A stretch of 64,000 nucleotides of DNA from Pirellulales bacterium (GCA_963838495.1 CAWIRC010000003.1:24999-88998); one strand, 5' to 3'. Numbered from the stretch's first letter, positions 1-12,220 are shown. The notes: generated by a model not told the origin, from the letters alone. Program-made: numbers and translations.

Positions 1-68
1 AGGCATGCGCTCGATTGCTTCAAGCAGTGCCGCCGGCGAGAAAATGCGCTCGCCCGTGTCGTAAGCTA

Positions 69-455
69 TCAAGCCGCGAGTCGACCAAGTGCAGTTCCAT
101 TCCCGCCCGGCACCACGGCGCCCGCTCCAAGTCCCAGAGCCTGATCCTCGATGGCGTTAACCAATACGCCGCGCAACGCCTCGGTGGACGGTTGCTGGTA
201 AGGATCGACCAGCCCCAGTTGTTCGCCTAATACATGATCTCCGAGCGCGTCCCAGCACCAGCGGGCCAGATCGTTGGGAAATTCATGGAGTTCGAAATGA
301 TCCTCCAATGCGCAGCGCATCATGTGGTGTTCCAGGACGCCGTCGGGCACGGTGTAAATCGCATCCAACAAATCGCGCAAATTCACACATACTCGCCCGG
401 TGGCGCGGCGGATCAGGCTGCATTCATACAGGCAAAATGGCTCAATGGCATCCAT
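69..455 (-). CDS. small conserved hypothetical protein (pattern resembles DUF5752-type proteins that accompany sugar/compatible-solute genes)
   Basis: 128-aa ORF with coding-like composition, divergent from treZ. The family assignment is from memory of the motif pattern (HH..RC.L....L.EFPNDLA.W) and is unverified. Confidence 0.5.
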   Translation of the reverse strand: MDAIEPFCLYECSLIRRATGRVCVNLRDLLDAIYTVPDGVLEHHMMRCALEDHFELHEFPNDLARWCWDALGDHVLGEQLGLVDPYQQPSTEALRGVLVNAIEDQALGLGAGAVVPGGNGTALGRLAA

Positions 456-505
456 GGCAATGGGTTATAGAGTTCTCTCATAGTGAATAGTGAATGTAGT
501 TTCAG

Positions 506-526
506 GCCCACGGGTTGCAATCCCGT
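506..526. repeat. REP-like hairpin, family GCCCACGGGTTGCAACCCGTGGGC (degenerate copy)
   Basis: gcccacgggttgcaatcccgt. A near-perfect copy lies at 31711-31736 and a degenerate one at 34911-31. Confidence 0.6.
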
Positions 527-675
527 ATGCTTGACTCGAATCATAATTTCCAAAACGACATTCTTTTCCGAGTCACGATTTTCTATTAGAACGGCTTGTC
601 ACAAAAAATATCACCTAAATAATTATATTAAGTAGGCAATTCGCAGAAGTGATCGTTTTTTGACGGGGATGGCAA

Positions 676-2535
676 ATGCCCAAAGAACCGGAGCACAAGC
701 CGCAGGGAGCATTGCGCCAAATCGGCGGAAACGTTTGCTGGCGCGTGTGGGCGCCCCTGTCGGACAAGGTGTCATTGGTTTTTTATCTACCCGAAGGCCG
801 CAAGGAAGCGGCAATGACGCCCGAAGGCTATGGATATTTCGTATACGAGGGGCGGGAGATGAGCGAAAAGCTACGATACGCGCTGAAATTGGGCGACGGT
901 CAGGAATATCCCGATCCCGCCTCGCGCTGGCAACCCGATGGGGTGAATCGCCCATCCGCTTTATACTTTCCCGAATCTTACGATTGGACGGACATAGAAT
1001 GGCGCGGCGTTTCGGCTGAAGAACTGGTGATCTACGAACTGCACGTGGGCACGTTCACGCCGGAAGGCACGTTTGAGGCGGTCATTCCGCGCCTTCAGCA
1101 ATTATCCTCGCTGGGTGTAACGGCCATCGAAATCATGCCCGTGGCACAATTTTCCGGAGAGCGAAACTGGGGCTACGACGGAGTTCATCCTTACGCGGTG
1201 CAAAACAGTTACGGCGGGCCGCAAGCCTTCCAACGCCTCGTCGACGCCGCGCACCAAATCGGCCTGGCGGTGATCTTGGACGTGGTCTACAACCACGTCG
1301 GACCGGAGGGAAATTATTTCGCCAAGTTCGGGCCGTATTTCACCGATCGCTACCATACTCCCTGGGGAAAAGCCATAAATTACGACGGGCCGCAGAGCGA
1401 CGCCGTGCGGCAATTCGTCATCGACAACGCCTGCGCGTGGGTCCGCGATTTCCACGTCGACGGCCTGCGCCTGGACGCGGTGCAGACGATCTACGACTTT
1501 TCGGCCCGCCACATCCTTGCCGATATCAAGGCGGCGGTCAAACATGTCGCCGATTCGCAAGGCAGGATCGTACACGTCATCGCCGAAACCAACCAGAACG
1601 ACGTCCGCTTGATCAATTCCCCGGAGCAGGGCGGGTACGGACTGGACGGTGTTTGGAGCGACGATTTCCACCACAGCGTGCACGCGCTTTTGACCGGCGA
1701 GCAAGACGGCTACTACCAGGATTTTGGCCGGGCAGAGGACCTGGTAAAGGCATTCAACCAGGTGTTCGTGTACGACGGCTGTTACAGCCCGTTTCGCAAG
1801 CGCCGCCACGGCAGCAAGGTGGATTCAATCGATCGAACGCGATTCGTCGTGTGCGTGCAGAATCACGACCAGGTGGGAAACCGCGCCGAAGGCGACCGTT
1901 TAGGCGGCATCCTTTCTCCGGCCGCGCAGCGCTTGGCATGCGGTTTGTTGATGCTCTCGCCGTGCGTGCCCTTGCTGTTCATGGGCGAGGAATACGGCGA
2001 AAGGCGGCCGTTTCCATTTTTCTGTTCGTTCAGCGATCCAAGGCTTATCGAAGCGGTGAGGCGCGGGCGGCGCGAGGAATTCGCCACCCTGCGATTCAAT
2101 TGGTCGTTGGAAATCCCCGATCCGCAAAGCCCGGAAACCTTCCTCTCGGCCAAGCTCGCATGGTCATGGCCGGAGGGATCCGCGCAGGCGAAACACAGGC
2201 GGCTTTATCAAGACCTCTTGGCCGCCCGGCGCGAGTGGCCCGCCTTGCGCGATCAGCGACATACAAACGCCCGCTTAATCGATCCCGATTCCGGCGATCG
2301 AGCCGGCCTGTCCGCCGTATTGCTATTGGAACGCGGCGGCGACGACGGACTGCTGGCCGCGGCCAATCTATCCGATAAAATCGCCGTTTTACCGCCGCTG
2401 GAACTTGCCGGGCAACGTGTATTGCTATCGACCGAAGACACGCGTTATGGCGGAGGCCGAGAGGAAAACCAATCTCTGGATCGCTTGCTTCCTTATGAAA
2501 TGTTGATTCTAAGCAGGAGCCAATCAACGCAATGA
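676..2535 (+). CDS. treZ: malto-oligosyltrehalose trehalohydrolase (GH13)
   Basis: 619-aa ORF with GH13 regions GVTAIEIMPV, VILDVVYNHVGPEGN, VDGLRLDAV, IAETNQND and VQNHDQVGNR. Its stop overlaps the treY start (ATGA at 2532-2535). Confidence 0.92.
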   Translation: MPKEPEHKPQGALRQIGGNVCWRVWAPLSDKVSLVFYLPEGRKEAAMTPEGYGYFVYEGREMSEKLRYALKLGDGQEYPDPASRWQPDGVNRPSALYFPESYDWTDIEWRGVSAEELVIYELHVGTFTPEGTFEAVIPRLQQLSSLGVTAIEIMPVAQFSGERNWGYDGVHPYAVQNSYGGPQAFQRLVDAAHQIGLAVILDVVYNHVGPEGNYFAKFGPYFTDRYHTPWGKAINYDGPQSDAVRQFVIDNACAWVRDFHVDGLRLDAVQTIYDFSARHILADIKAAVKHVADSQGRIVHVIAETNQNDVRLINSPEQGGYGLDGVWSDDFHHSVHALLTGEQDGYYQDFGRAEDLVKAFNQVFVYDGCYSPFRKRRHGSKVDSIDRTRFVVCVQNHDQVGNRAEGDRLGGILSPAAQRLACGLLMLSPCVPLLFMGEEYGERRPFPFFCSFSDPRLIEAVRRGRREEFATLRFNWSLEIPDPQSPETFLSAKLAWSWPEGSAQAKHRRLYQDLLAARREWPALRDQRHTNARLIDPDSGDRAGLSAVLLLERGGDDGLLAAANLSDKIAVLPPLELAGQRVLLSTEDTRYGGGREENQSLDRLLPYEMLILSRSQSTQ

Positions 2536-5500
2536 ACACTATTTCCGATTGGGGCCGAGTCGTTGCGGGCGAAGTGGCGAAGATGGTCGGAGAACGCCAC
2601 TGTAGCCCCCTGGCTACGTATCGCCTTCAGTTTGCCAAGGATCGAATGACATTCCGCGACGCGGCGGCCATAGTGCCTTACCTCGACGAACTGGGCATCA
2701 GCCACATTTACGCCTCTCCATATTTTAAAACTCAATCCGGGGGCTCGAATGCTTATGCCATAGTGGATTACGGGCAATTGAATCCGGAACTAGGCGGCGA
2801 AGAGCAATACCGGCCCCTTGTCGAGGCCTTATCTGCCCGCAAGATGGGGCAAATCATCGATATCGTGCCCAATCACATGAGCGCCGTTCCGGTGGAAAAC
2901 CGCTGGTGGACCGACGTCTTGGAAAACGGCCCCAGTTCGCCCTTCGCCGCCTATTTCGATATTGATTGGCGCCCCGTCAAGGAACAATTGCACGACAGGA
3001 TACTTTTGCCGGTGCTGGGCGATCAATACGGGCAAGTCCTCGAACGCGGAGAATTGAAATTGGAGTATTCCGAGGGCGCCTTTTTCATCCGATATTATCA
3101 AACTCTTTTTCCGCTGGATCCACGCACATACCGCCTAATCCTGGCGCGCCGCATGGAAGAGTTCAAGGCAAACCTGCCGGCCGAGTCCAAAGACCTGCGC
3201 GAACTGGAAAGCATCGTGACCGCCTTGGAACACCTGCCCGAACGCACAGAAACCGAAACGGACCGCGTGACCGAGCGGCAACGGGAAAAAGAGGTCGTCA
3301 AGGATCGCCTGCGGCGCCTTGTCGAGCGTTCCCTGGAAATCGCCGATTTCATCCGCCAAAACGTGCGGGATTTCAACGGAACCCCGGATGATCCGCGAAC
3401 TTTCGACGAACTGGACAAGCTCCTCGACGCCCAGGTGTACAGGCTCTCGCACTGGAAGGCGGCGGCCGACGAAATCAATTACCGTCGCTTCTTCGACATC
3501 AACGATTTGGCGGCGGTTTGCACCGAGGATCCCAGAATCTTCCAGGAAAGCCACAAGTTGGCCTTCGACTTGCTCGTATGCGGCGACGCGGCCGGTCTGC
3601 GCATAGATCACATCGACGGGTTGTACGACCCCATGGAATATCTCCGCCGCTTGCAATGGAACTACCTCCGCGCCCTGGGGAAAATCGCTTACAGGCAAAT
3701 GATAGAATCGTCCACGCATGCGCAAGCCATTGTTACCGGTCAAGACAGCAACGGCAACGAGTCCAAATCCGAAGCACCGCCCAATTGGAGCGACGTGGAA
3801 CCCGCATTCCTCGACAACGCGCTGGCCCTGCTTGACCGCACTCCGGCGGTTTCGGATTCCACGTTCTCCCCTCTCCGGGCACCGACCGAAGGTTGGTCGG
3901 GAGAGGGGCAGCGGGGTGAGGGCCCAAGGTTTGAGGACAACTCCGCTTTTCGCGGTGGTGGAAAAAATCCTCGGGCCCGAGGAGCCGCTCCCGCAGCAGT
4001 GGCTCACCGAAGGAACCACAGGTTACGATTTCCTGAATTCGGTAAATGGCCTGTTCGTCGACGGGTTCGGGTTGCGGGAACTGGTCAAGTTGTACGGCCG
4101 TTTCATCGACCAGCGGCTAAACTTCCAGGAAGCGGCGCACCAATCAAAAATGTTGATCCTCCGCACCGCCATGTCCAGCGACCTGCAATTGCTCGCCCAC
4201 CGGCTGAATCTTATTTCAGAACGGCACCGGCGCTCGCGTGACTTCACGCTCAATACGCTGCGGATCGCGCTCCGCGAAATCCTGACCTGCTTTCCCGTTT
4301 ACCGCACTTACATCCGCGAAGGGGACGTCTCCGACCGCGACAGGCAATTCATACACCGGGCGGCGGCGCAAGCCAAGCGCCGCAACCCGGCCACCGACGC
4401 CGCGGTCTTCTACTTTATTCGCGACGTGCTCCTCCTCGAATCTCCTCCCGGATTGGACGAGGCCGGACGCAGCGAGCGGGCGCTGTTTGTGGGCCGCTTC
4501 CAGCAAGTAACCAGTCCGGTTATGGCAAAAGGCGTCGAGGACACCGCCTTTTACCGCTACTTTCCCTTGGCTTCGCTCAACGAAGTGGGCGGAGATCCGG
4601 CCAGGGGCGCCGCCACCGTCGAGGAATTCCACAGCCAGAACCTTGCCCGGCGGGCACAATGGCCGCGGTCGCTCATCGCCACCACCACGCACGACACCAA
4701 GCGTAGCGAAGACGTGCGGGCGAGGATAAACGTGCTTTCCGAAATCCCGCACTTGTGGCGAAAGGCCGTGAACCGCTGGGCGCGCTTGAATCGCCGGCAT
4801 CGCCGCGAAACCGGCGGCCAGCCCGCACCCAGCCGCAACGATGAATATCTTTTCTACCAGACTTTAATCGGGCATCTGGCCGCTTGCTGAGCCCGACGCC
4901 GAGGCCCTCGGCCAACTTACCCAGCGGATGCAAATTTACATGGAAAAGGCCACCCGCGAGGCGAAACTACAGACGAGTTGGATCAATCCCGTCCCGGAAT
5001 ACGACGCCGCCGTGCGCGAGTTCGTGGCCGCGGCCCTTAGCGGCCGGGGAAAGAACCGCTTCCTGGCCGAATTCCGCCGCTTCCATAAACAAATCGTAAA
5101 CTGGGGACTGTACACCGCGCTCTCGCAAGCGCTGCTAAAATTGACCTCGCCCGGCGTGCCCGACATCTATCAGGGCCAGGAACTATGGGACTTCAGCCTC
5201 GTCGATCCGGACAACCGGCGGCCTGTCGATTTCGCACTCCGCCGGGAATTGCTGGATCAATTGCAAAAATACAACCTGGAAGACGCCCCGTCCTTGCTCG
5301 CTTTGGCCCGGCGCCTTGCCGAAAATTCCCGCGACCCCATGCTCAAACTCTTCGTCACCTGGCGGGTCCTACAATTCCGCCGCCTACATGCCGAGCTTTT
5401 TCAACTAGGAAAATATATCCCCTTGGAAGTTCAAGGCTCGCGGGCAATATACGTCTGCGCATTCGCATGGGAATATCCGCCGCCATCAGGCTCGCCCCGC

Positions 5501-5749
5501 CAGGCGGCCGTCGTAATCGCCCCGCGTTTAATCGCTAAGCTCACACCGCTGCCTGAAAATGCCCCGCTTCCCCCGCCGCCTCTAGGCCCGGAAGTTTGGG
5601 AAGACACGCGAGTCCTTGCCGGCGATTCGGGGCCGTCGCCGCTAAAGAATCTGTTCACCGGGCAGGTCTGTTCGACGAAGGACTCGGCCGTCTTCCTGGC
5701 CGATGCTCTTTCCGATTTCCCCGTGGCGCTGCTGACCAAGGAGCCATAA
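2532..5749 (+). pseudogene. treY: malto-oligosyltrehalose synthase, reading frame broken twice in this assembly (possibly sequencing indels)
   Basis: TreY-like sequence runs through three ORF pieces (2532-4241, 3718-4890, 4928-5749). Motifs: ATYRLQF, ISHIYASPYFK, IIDIVPNHM, LRIDHIDGLYDP, TTGYDFLN, SPVMAKGVEDTAFY, ATTTHDTKRSEDVRARI, PGVPDIYQGQELWDFSLVDPDNRRPVDF. Hand translation joins ..YQTLIG / IWPLAEPDAEALGQLTQRMQIYMEKATREAK with one extra nt near 4870-4873. The first shift lies between ~3866 and 3940. Confidence 0.88.
3868..3923 (+). repeat. REP element (CCCCTCTCC..GGAGAGGGG..GGGTGAGGGC family) inside the treY variable linker
   Basis: cccctctccgggcaccgaccgaaggttggtcgggagaggggcagcggggtgagggc. 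It is 56 nt, versus 55 nt for the copies at 17121-17175 and 17653-17707, because of an extra C at ~3912. Confidence 0.85.
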
Positions 5750-5866
5750 CACAGCCTCAGGCGACGAGATTGTCCGGGAATTCAAATACCCCGGTTCTAC
5801 ATGTCACATGAGATTATTGGCACGGAAGACTTTTCGACCCCGCTATAATAGTATATAGAAAGTCTG

Positions 5867-6931
5867 ATGCGCAATTACCTGGTGCGCGTGCTTGGCCCTG
5901 CGCGGAGCGCGGCGGTCGAGATGGAGGGAAAGACCAAAATGTGGGTCGGGGTGGTTGCCGCCGCGGCACTGATCATTGTCGTGCTGATCGACGCTTTCGA
6001 GGTGGTGCTCCTGCCTCGCCGCGTCCGGCATGGCTACCGGCTGGCTCGCCAGTTTTATCGCATATCCTGGATGATCGGGCGGACGGCGGCGAGGCTCTTT
6101 CCTGCCGGGCCGTGGCGCACGGGATTCTTGAGCGCCTTCGGGCCTTTGTCCTTGTTCGTGCTGGTGGTGATATGGGCCGCTGGACTCATTACAGGCTTTG
6201 CGCTAATGCACTGGTCGCTTGGCACCGCGATGTCCGCGGGAAACGCGGGCTTCGACGCTTACCTGTACTTCAGCGGCAGCACGTTCTTCACACTCGGCTA
6301 CGGCGACGTGGTGGCCACTAGTGCGTTAGGCCGGATGCTCAGCGTCGCCGAGGCCGGCATGGGTTTTATGTTCCTGGCGGTCATCATCAGCTATCTACCG
6401 GTGCTTTATCAGGCCTTTTCGCGGCGCGAGATCGCCATTGCTCTGCTCGATGCTAGGGCCGGGTCGCCGCCCAGCGCCGCCGAACTGCTTAGGCGGCTGG
6501 CCGAGGGCCGGAATTCGGCCGGGCCGGGTCCCTTCCTGGTCGAGTGGGAGCGATGGGCGGCCGACCTGCTCGAGAGTCACCTCTCGTTTCCAGTCCTCAG
6601 CTACTACCGTTCGCAACACGAAAACCAGTCGTGGGTCGGCGCGCTCACGGCCATCCTCGACACGTCATCGCTGCTGATAGCAGGCGTGGAAGGGCCGGAT
6701 GGCTATCTGGCCCGGCTGACCTTTGCAATGGCCCGGCACGCGGCGGTTGACCTGGCGCTTGTGTTTCAAAGGCCGCCCTTGCCGCCGCAGACGGACCGGC
6801 TGCCTGACGAAAAATTCGCCCGGCTAAGGGAATCGCTCCGCGCGGCGGGGTTTAAGTTCGCGATGGGCCCGCAGTGGCGGCGGCGATTAGAGACCTGCGC
6901 GTCTTGTACGAACCATTCGTCAACGCCTTAG
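5867..6931 (+). CDS. potassium channel family protein (2-TM pore); the C-terminus probably continues in ORF 6874-7077 after a 1-nt frameshift near 6866-6876
   Basis: Selectivity-filter signature TLGYGD sits between hydrophobic helices. The alternative frame 6874-7077 reads protein-like (AAAIRDLRVLYEPFVNALAAHFLFALPPFQPEKPPVDNWQTS). Confidence 0.8.
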   Translation: MRNYLVRVLGPARSAAVEMEGKTKMWVGVVAAAALIIVVLIDAFEVVLLPRRVRHGYRLARQFYRISWMIGRTAARLFPAGPWRTGFLSAFGPLSLFVLVVIWAAGLITGFALMHWSLGTAMSAGNAGFDAYLYFSGSTFFTLGYGDVVATSALGRMLSVAEAGMGFMFLAVIISYLPVLYQAFSRREIAIALLDARAGSPPSAAELLRRLAEGRNSAGPGPFLVEWERWAADLLESHLSFPVLSYYRSQHENQSWVGALTAILDTSSLLIAGVEGPDGYLARLTFAMARHAAVDLALVFQRPPLPPQTDRLPDEKFARLRESLRAAGFKFAMGPQWRRRLETCASCTNHSSTP

Positions 6932-7288
6932 CGGCGCACTTCTTATTCGCGCTGCCGCCGTTCCAACCGGAAAAGCCGCCTGTGGACAACTGGCAGACCA
7001 GTCCCGGCATGTCACGCTCGCCCGGCCTCACCGGCCTAATGCCCACGTCAAGAGGCGGAGACGAACACTTCGATTAATTTCATTTGATTGATTTAAATAT
7101 CAACTCTGCCAGGTAGCCTTCCCCTCCGATGCCGAGACCCCGGCCCTTACCCAGGTTGCCGGGGCCAGTGCGCTCTGTTCGCAAACGGGCAATCGGCGCT
7201 GTGGATAGACTTCTACGGGACATACCAAACGGGGGTTGAATTGACCCAGCGACACGCCGAACAATTAATTACCGGATCGAGAAGAGCC

Positions 7289-7936
7289 ATGACATTCAAC
7301 AAGAGCGATACCGCGATAGTCATCATCGACCCACAGAATGACGTCTTGAGTGAGAAGGGCGTCTCATGGGGCATGGTCGGCGAGAGCGTCAAGGAAAACA
7401 ATACAATCGAAAACATCGAACGACTCTTCAAAGCCGCGAAAGAACTAGACTTCGCACTCTTCATCTCCCCTCACTACCTTTATCCTCACGACCAGGCGTG
7501 GAAGTTTGGCGGCGCAGTCGAGCAGATGATGCTGGATGACAAAGAATTCTTTCGCCCTGATCCGCTAAGTATAAATGGATTCTCCGGCTCCGGGGCCGAC
7601 TGGCTTGAGCGCTATAAGCCATACATCGAGGACGGCAAGACTGTCGTGGTCAGTCCACACAAAGTGTGGGGACCTCAAACCAACGACCTCGTCCTACAAC
7701 TGCGCAAACGCCACATCGCTAAAGTCATCCTTGCGGGAATGCTGGCAAATCTCTGTGTCGAGAGCCACTTGCGCGAATTGCTCGAGCAAGGTTTCGAGAT
7801 CGCAGTGGTGAAGGATGCGACTGCTGGTCCCCGGCACCCCGAGTTGGGCGACGGTTACAAGGCGGCGATTGTCAACTACGGGTTTTTAGCGAATGCCGTC
7901 CTGTCGACGGATGACACCGTGAAAGCCATGAGGTAG
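7289..7936 (+). CDS. isochorismatase-family cysteine hydrolase
   Basis: Motifs [12 protein letters not shown] and [23 protein letters not shown] at 7289 is preceded by gagaagag; the ORF track start at 7241 is a TTG. Confidence 0.82.
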   Translation: MTFNKSDTAIVIIDPQNDVLSEKGVSWGMVGESVKENNTIENIERLFKAAKELDFALFISPHYLYPHDQAWKFGGAVEQMMLDDKEFFRPDPLSINGFSGSGADWLERYKPYIEDGKTVVVSPHKVWGPQTNDLVLQLRKRHIAKVILAGMLANLCVESHLRELLEQGFEIAVVKDATAGPRHPELGDGYKAAIVNYGFLANAVLSTDDTVKAMR

Positions 7937-8006
7937 ACGATCGGCTCATGGTGCAAAACAGACGGCTGAGTTAACTATATTTGTGAATGCAAAAGGAGTC
8001 GGAACG

Positions 8007-8498
8007 ATGAGTACGGACTTGCTGATGGAAAAGCCGCCCATGGTGATTGCCCCGCCGTTCACGTTTGAGACGGCCACGCTCAAGGTGCGATTGGCCGAGG
8101 ACGCGTGGAACTCGCGCGATCCAGACCGTGTTGCCCTGGCCTACACCGAGGACTCCGCCTGGCGAAACCGCAGTGAGTTCATCATCGGCCGTGACCAGAT
8201 TCGGACATTCCTCATCGGCAAATGGGCTCGGGAACTCGATTACCGGCTCGTAAAGGCTCTGTGGGCATTCACCGACAACCGCATCGGCGTGCGATTCCAG
8301 TACGAGTGGCACGACGACGCCGGGCGCTGGTACCGCAGCTATGGCAATGAACTGTGGGAATTCGACCAGCGCGGCCTGATGCGACGCCGCGAAGCCAGCA
8401 TCAATGACGTTCCCATACTCGAAACCGATCGCAAGTTTTTCTGGTCCGCTCCCGGTCCTCGACCGACGGACCACCCCGGCATCCCTGACGTCAAGTAA
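8007..8498 (+). CDS. DUF1348 (NTF2-like) family protein
   Basis: Motifs [59 protein letters not shown] lies 8 nt upstream of the ATG at 8007. Confidence 0.8.
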   Translation: MSTDLLMEKPPMVIAPPFTFETATLKVRLAEDAWNSRDPDRVALAYTEDSAWRNRSEFIIGRDQIRTFLIGKWARELDYRLVKALWAFTDNRIGVRFQYEWHDDAGRWYRSYGNELWEFDQRGLMRRREASINDVPILETDRKFFWSAPGPRPTDHPGIPDVK

Positions 8499-8542
8499 CT
8501 TCGAACTTTCAACACCCATTGTTTCTATTTGGAGAAATAATC

Positions 8543-9511
8543 ATGACCCATACGACGAACGCTACTTTGGCTCCATCACCGTTCGCATCCACCACGTTGC
8601 CGCTTGGCCCGGCCAACTCGGTAATTGCTCGACAATCGGCGACCGTGCGCTACAAGACCGTTAAGGTCGGCGAACTGGAAATCTTCTACCGCGAGGCCGG
8701 ATCGAAGGACACCCCGACGGTGCTGCTGCTTCACGGATTTCCGACCAGCTCGCAGATGTTCCGCAATCTGATCCCCAAGCTGGCCGATCAGTACCATTTG
8801 GTCGCACCGGACTATCCTGGCTACGGCCATAGTTCGATGCCGCCGCACGACAAGTTTTCTTACACCTTCGACAACCTGGCAAAGGTGATCGATGAGTTCA
8901 CCGAGAAACTCGGGCTGACGCGGTATGCCATTTACGTACAGGACTACGGCGCACCGGTCGGCTACCGTTTGGCAGTCAAGCACCCGGAGCGGATCACCGC
9001 CATCGTGGTCCAAAACGGCAACGCCTACGACGAGGGACTCGACAACGACTTCTGGAAACCGATTAAAGAATACTGGAAGGAACCAAAGAGCAAAGAGAAA
9101 CGCGACGCCATTCGCAAGCTGCTCACATACGAAGCCACCAGGTGGCAGTATACGGACGGGGTCAAAGACCCGGAACTCGTCAGCCCGGACGGAGCGGCAG
9201 AAGATCAGTTCCTGTTGGACCGCAAGGGAAACGACGAGATCCAACTCGATCTGTTCCTGAGCTATGGTAGCAATCCGCCGTTGTATCCGAAGTGGCAGGA
9301 TTACTTTCGCAAACACCAACCGCCGATGCTAATAGCGTGGGGGAAGAACGATAAGATCTTCCCGGCTGCCGGAGCCGAGCCCTATAAGCGCGACTTGAAG
9401 ACGCTGGAATACCACCTGCTCGACGCCGGCCACTTCGCCCTGGAAACCAATGGTGACGAGATCGCCAGGCTGATGCGAGACTTCCTCGGGAAGCACGTGG
9501 TTGAAAAATAG
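8543..9511 (+). CDS. alpha/beta-fold hydrolase (epoxide hydrolase / haloalkane dehalogenase-like)
   Basis: [37 protein letters not shown] and [10 protein letters not shown] nucleophile region. GGAGA lies upstream of the ATG at 8543. Confidence 0.82.
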   Translation: MTHTTNATLAPSPFASTTLPLGPANSVIARQSATVRYKTVKVGELEIFYREAGSKDTPTVLLLHGFPTSSQMFRNLIPKLADQYHLVAPDYPGYGHSSMPPHDKFSYTFDNLAKVIDEFTEKLGLTRYAIYVQDYGAPVGYRLAVKHPERITAIVVQNGNAYDEGLDNDFWKPIKEYWKEPKSKEKRDAIRKLLTYEATRWQYTDGVKDPELVSPDGAAEDQFLLDRKGNDEIQLDLFLSYGSNPPLYPKWQDYFRKHQPPMLIAWGKNDKIFPAAGAEPYKRDLKTLEYHLLDAGHFALETNGDEIARLMRDFLGKHVVEK

Positions 9512-9591
9512 CGCCTTTCGACTGCGGCCGAAAGACTGGTAGCCTTGGCTCCCATCTTGCAACCCCAAAGAATGATCGAAACCAATCCCAA

Positions 9592-12220
9592 TCAAATCCA
9601 GCCGCGGCGGATGAGCCACATTTTCACAAATTGGGTCAAAAGCACGTAGCAAGCCAGCGTCAGCACCAAAAGCGGCCAATAGAGCGGGGGCACTTTATTG
9701 GTAAAGAACAGCCAGCCGCCGATGGGCGAGAAGGGCAGCCACATGCCCACGATCATCACGATCAATGACATGGTTATCACCGGCCAACTTGCCCGGCTTT
9801 GGATGAAAGGAATACGGTTGGTGCGGATGATGTGGATGATCAGCGTTTGCGTGAGCAGCGATTCGATGAACCAGCCGGTCTGAAACAAAGACGCATTGTT
9901 CCAGGAGTTAAAAAGGTAAAGCATCATGAAATAAGTGGTGTAATCGAAAATCGAGCTGCACGGCCCGATGAAGAGAATAAACTTGGCGATCTCGCCCATC
10001 TGCCACGGCCTCGGTTTCGCGATCTGTTCCGGATCCACGTCGTCGGCTGGAATTGGGACCTGCGAAAAATCGTAGAGCAGGGTGTTTGTCAAAATTTGCA
10101 TGGGCTTCATGGGCAAAAACGGCAGAAACGCGCTGGCCCCCATCACGCTGAACATGTTGCCGAAATTGGAACTGGCGCCCATGCGGATGTATTTGAGGAT
10201 GTTGGCATAGACCTTTCGCCCTTCGAGCACGCCTTCTTCCATGACCATCAGGCTTTTTTCCAGGAGGATCACGTCGGCGGCTTCCTTGGCGATATCGACG
10301 GCCGTATCGACGGACACGCCCACGTCGGCGGACCTTAGCGCGGGCGAATCGTTGATCCCGTCGCCCATGAATCCCACTACATGCCTTTTGCTTTGCAGGG
10401 CCTTGATGATCCGCTGCTTGTCCATGGGCGAGAGGCGGGCAAAGAGCACGGTGTTTTCGGCGGCATCGGCCAGTTGGGCGTCAGTCATGACCTCGACCTG
10501 CGAGCCCAAGAGCACCTCCTCTGTCGATAGGCCCACTTCCTGGCAGATCTTTCGGCTCACCAGTTCGTTGTCGCCGGTGAGGATTTTCACGGTCACGCCG
10601 TGGTCGCGCAAGGCAAGCACGGCCGGCGAGGCGGTTTGCTTGGGCGGATCGAGAAACGCCACGTAGCCCTTTAGCACCAAATTGCTTTCGTCGTCCTTGG
10701 AGTAGGCCGGCTTGTGTTCCAAATCCTTATAAGCGATGGCCAGCACGCGAAAACCGTCGGAGCTCAGGTCGTCGTATTCCTCTTTCAGATCTTGAATCAG
10801 TAGCGGATCGATGGGATAGAGTTTTCCTTCCAGCTCGAATTGCGTGCAGCGCTGAAAGACCGACTCCGGGCGCCTTTGCAGATCAGGCGGGGGCGCCCGC
10901 TGTTGTCGCCACGACCACGGACATCAATTTGCGGGAAAAATCGAAGGGAATTTCATCGACTTTGCGATAGGTTTGCAAGGCGGCGGCCTCGATGACCTCG
11001 GTGTGGTCAAGGATCGCCCGATCCAGCACGTTCCTGAGCCCCGTCTGAAAATGGCTGTTAAGGAACGCCAATTCCAGCACCTCGTCGTCTTCCTTGCGGA
11101 CCACGTCGCAGTGCCGTTCCAGAATCACCCGGTCCAAGGTGAGCGTGCCGGTCTTGTCGGCGCAGAGGATGTCCATGGCGCCGAGGTTCTGGATGGCGTT
11201 TAAGCGTTTTACGATCACTTTTTTCCGCGACATGGCGATCGCGCCCTTGGACAGGCAGACCGTAACGATCATGGGCAGCATTTCGGGCGTCATGCCCACG
11301 GCTACGGCCAGGGCGAAAAAGAAGGCGTTCATCCAATCGTGTTTCGTCAGGCCATTGATAAGGAAAACCAGCGGCACCATGACCAGCATGAAGTAGATCA
11401 TCAGCCAGGTGAATTTTCCCACGCCCTTGTCGAAACTGGTGGCCACTTCCTGCCCGATGATCGAACTGGCCATGCCGCCGAGATAGGTTTTCAGCCCGGT
11501 TTCGACGACCACCCCCGTGGCCGCGCCGCTCTCCACGCTGGTGCCCAGAAAACAAACGTTTTTCAAATCCAAGAGGGATTTCACGGGGCCGGTTTCGGGG
11601 TAATCGAATTTTTCCACGGGAAACGATTCGCCGGTCAAGCTCGATTGAATTACGAACAAGTCCTTGCAGGAAAGAATGCGGATGTCGGCGGGAATCATGT
11701 CGCCGGCCGCCAGCCGGATTATGTCGCCGGGAACAAGCTGCCCCAGGGGCAATTCGCTTGCCGCCCCGCCGCGCACCACCGTCGCCGTCACGCTGATCAT
11801 GGCCTTGAGTTTCGCGGCGGCGTCGTCGGCCCTGGCCTCCTGCACGAATCGCAGCGATACGCCAAGAAACACCATTATCAGCATCACGGTTCCGGCCCGC
11901 GGATCGTCGGCCAACAGGAACGACACGGCGGCCAGCACGAGCAGGAGGATGACCAGCGGATTCATGCAGGCATGGCCCAAAAGCCTCAGCCGCCCCAGCC
12001 GCTGTTCCTGGGCGATCACGTTCGGCCCGTATTTCTCCAGCCGCTCCTGGGCTTCCTCCGGATTTAAGCCATTTTCGTCAGTTTTAAGTTTGCCCAGAAC
12101 TTCCGCCGGAGCCTTTTGCGCAACCTCGAACACTAACGGCGAGGCCTGAACCTGGTTCGCCTGCCGCTTAATAATGGCAAGGATGTTTTTCGGCAGGATT
12201 GACGTGGGAAGAATGGGCAT
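9592..12220 (-). pseudogene. mgtA: Mg2+-importing P-type ATPase, one frameshift in this assembly
   Basis: Motifs ICADKTGTLT, TGDN and MGDGINDSPALRSADVGV. ORFs 10883-12220 and 9592-10746 join by hand translation as ..MSVVV.. / ..LICKGAPESVFQRCTQFELEGKLYPIDPLLIQDLKEEYDDLSSDGFRVLAIAYK. The shift is within ~10885-10915, which includes a GGGGG run at 10889-10893. Confidence 0.9.

Noticed and set aside
1-72. A possible partial minus-strand ORF at the window edge (..YDTGERIFSPAALLEAIERMP), perhaps starting at a TTG that overlaps the stop of the 69-455 gene.
   Set aside because: Only ~23 codons are visible and the start is speculative, so it cannot be supported from this window.
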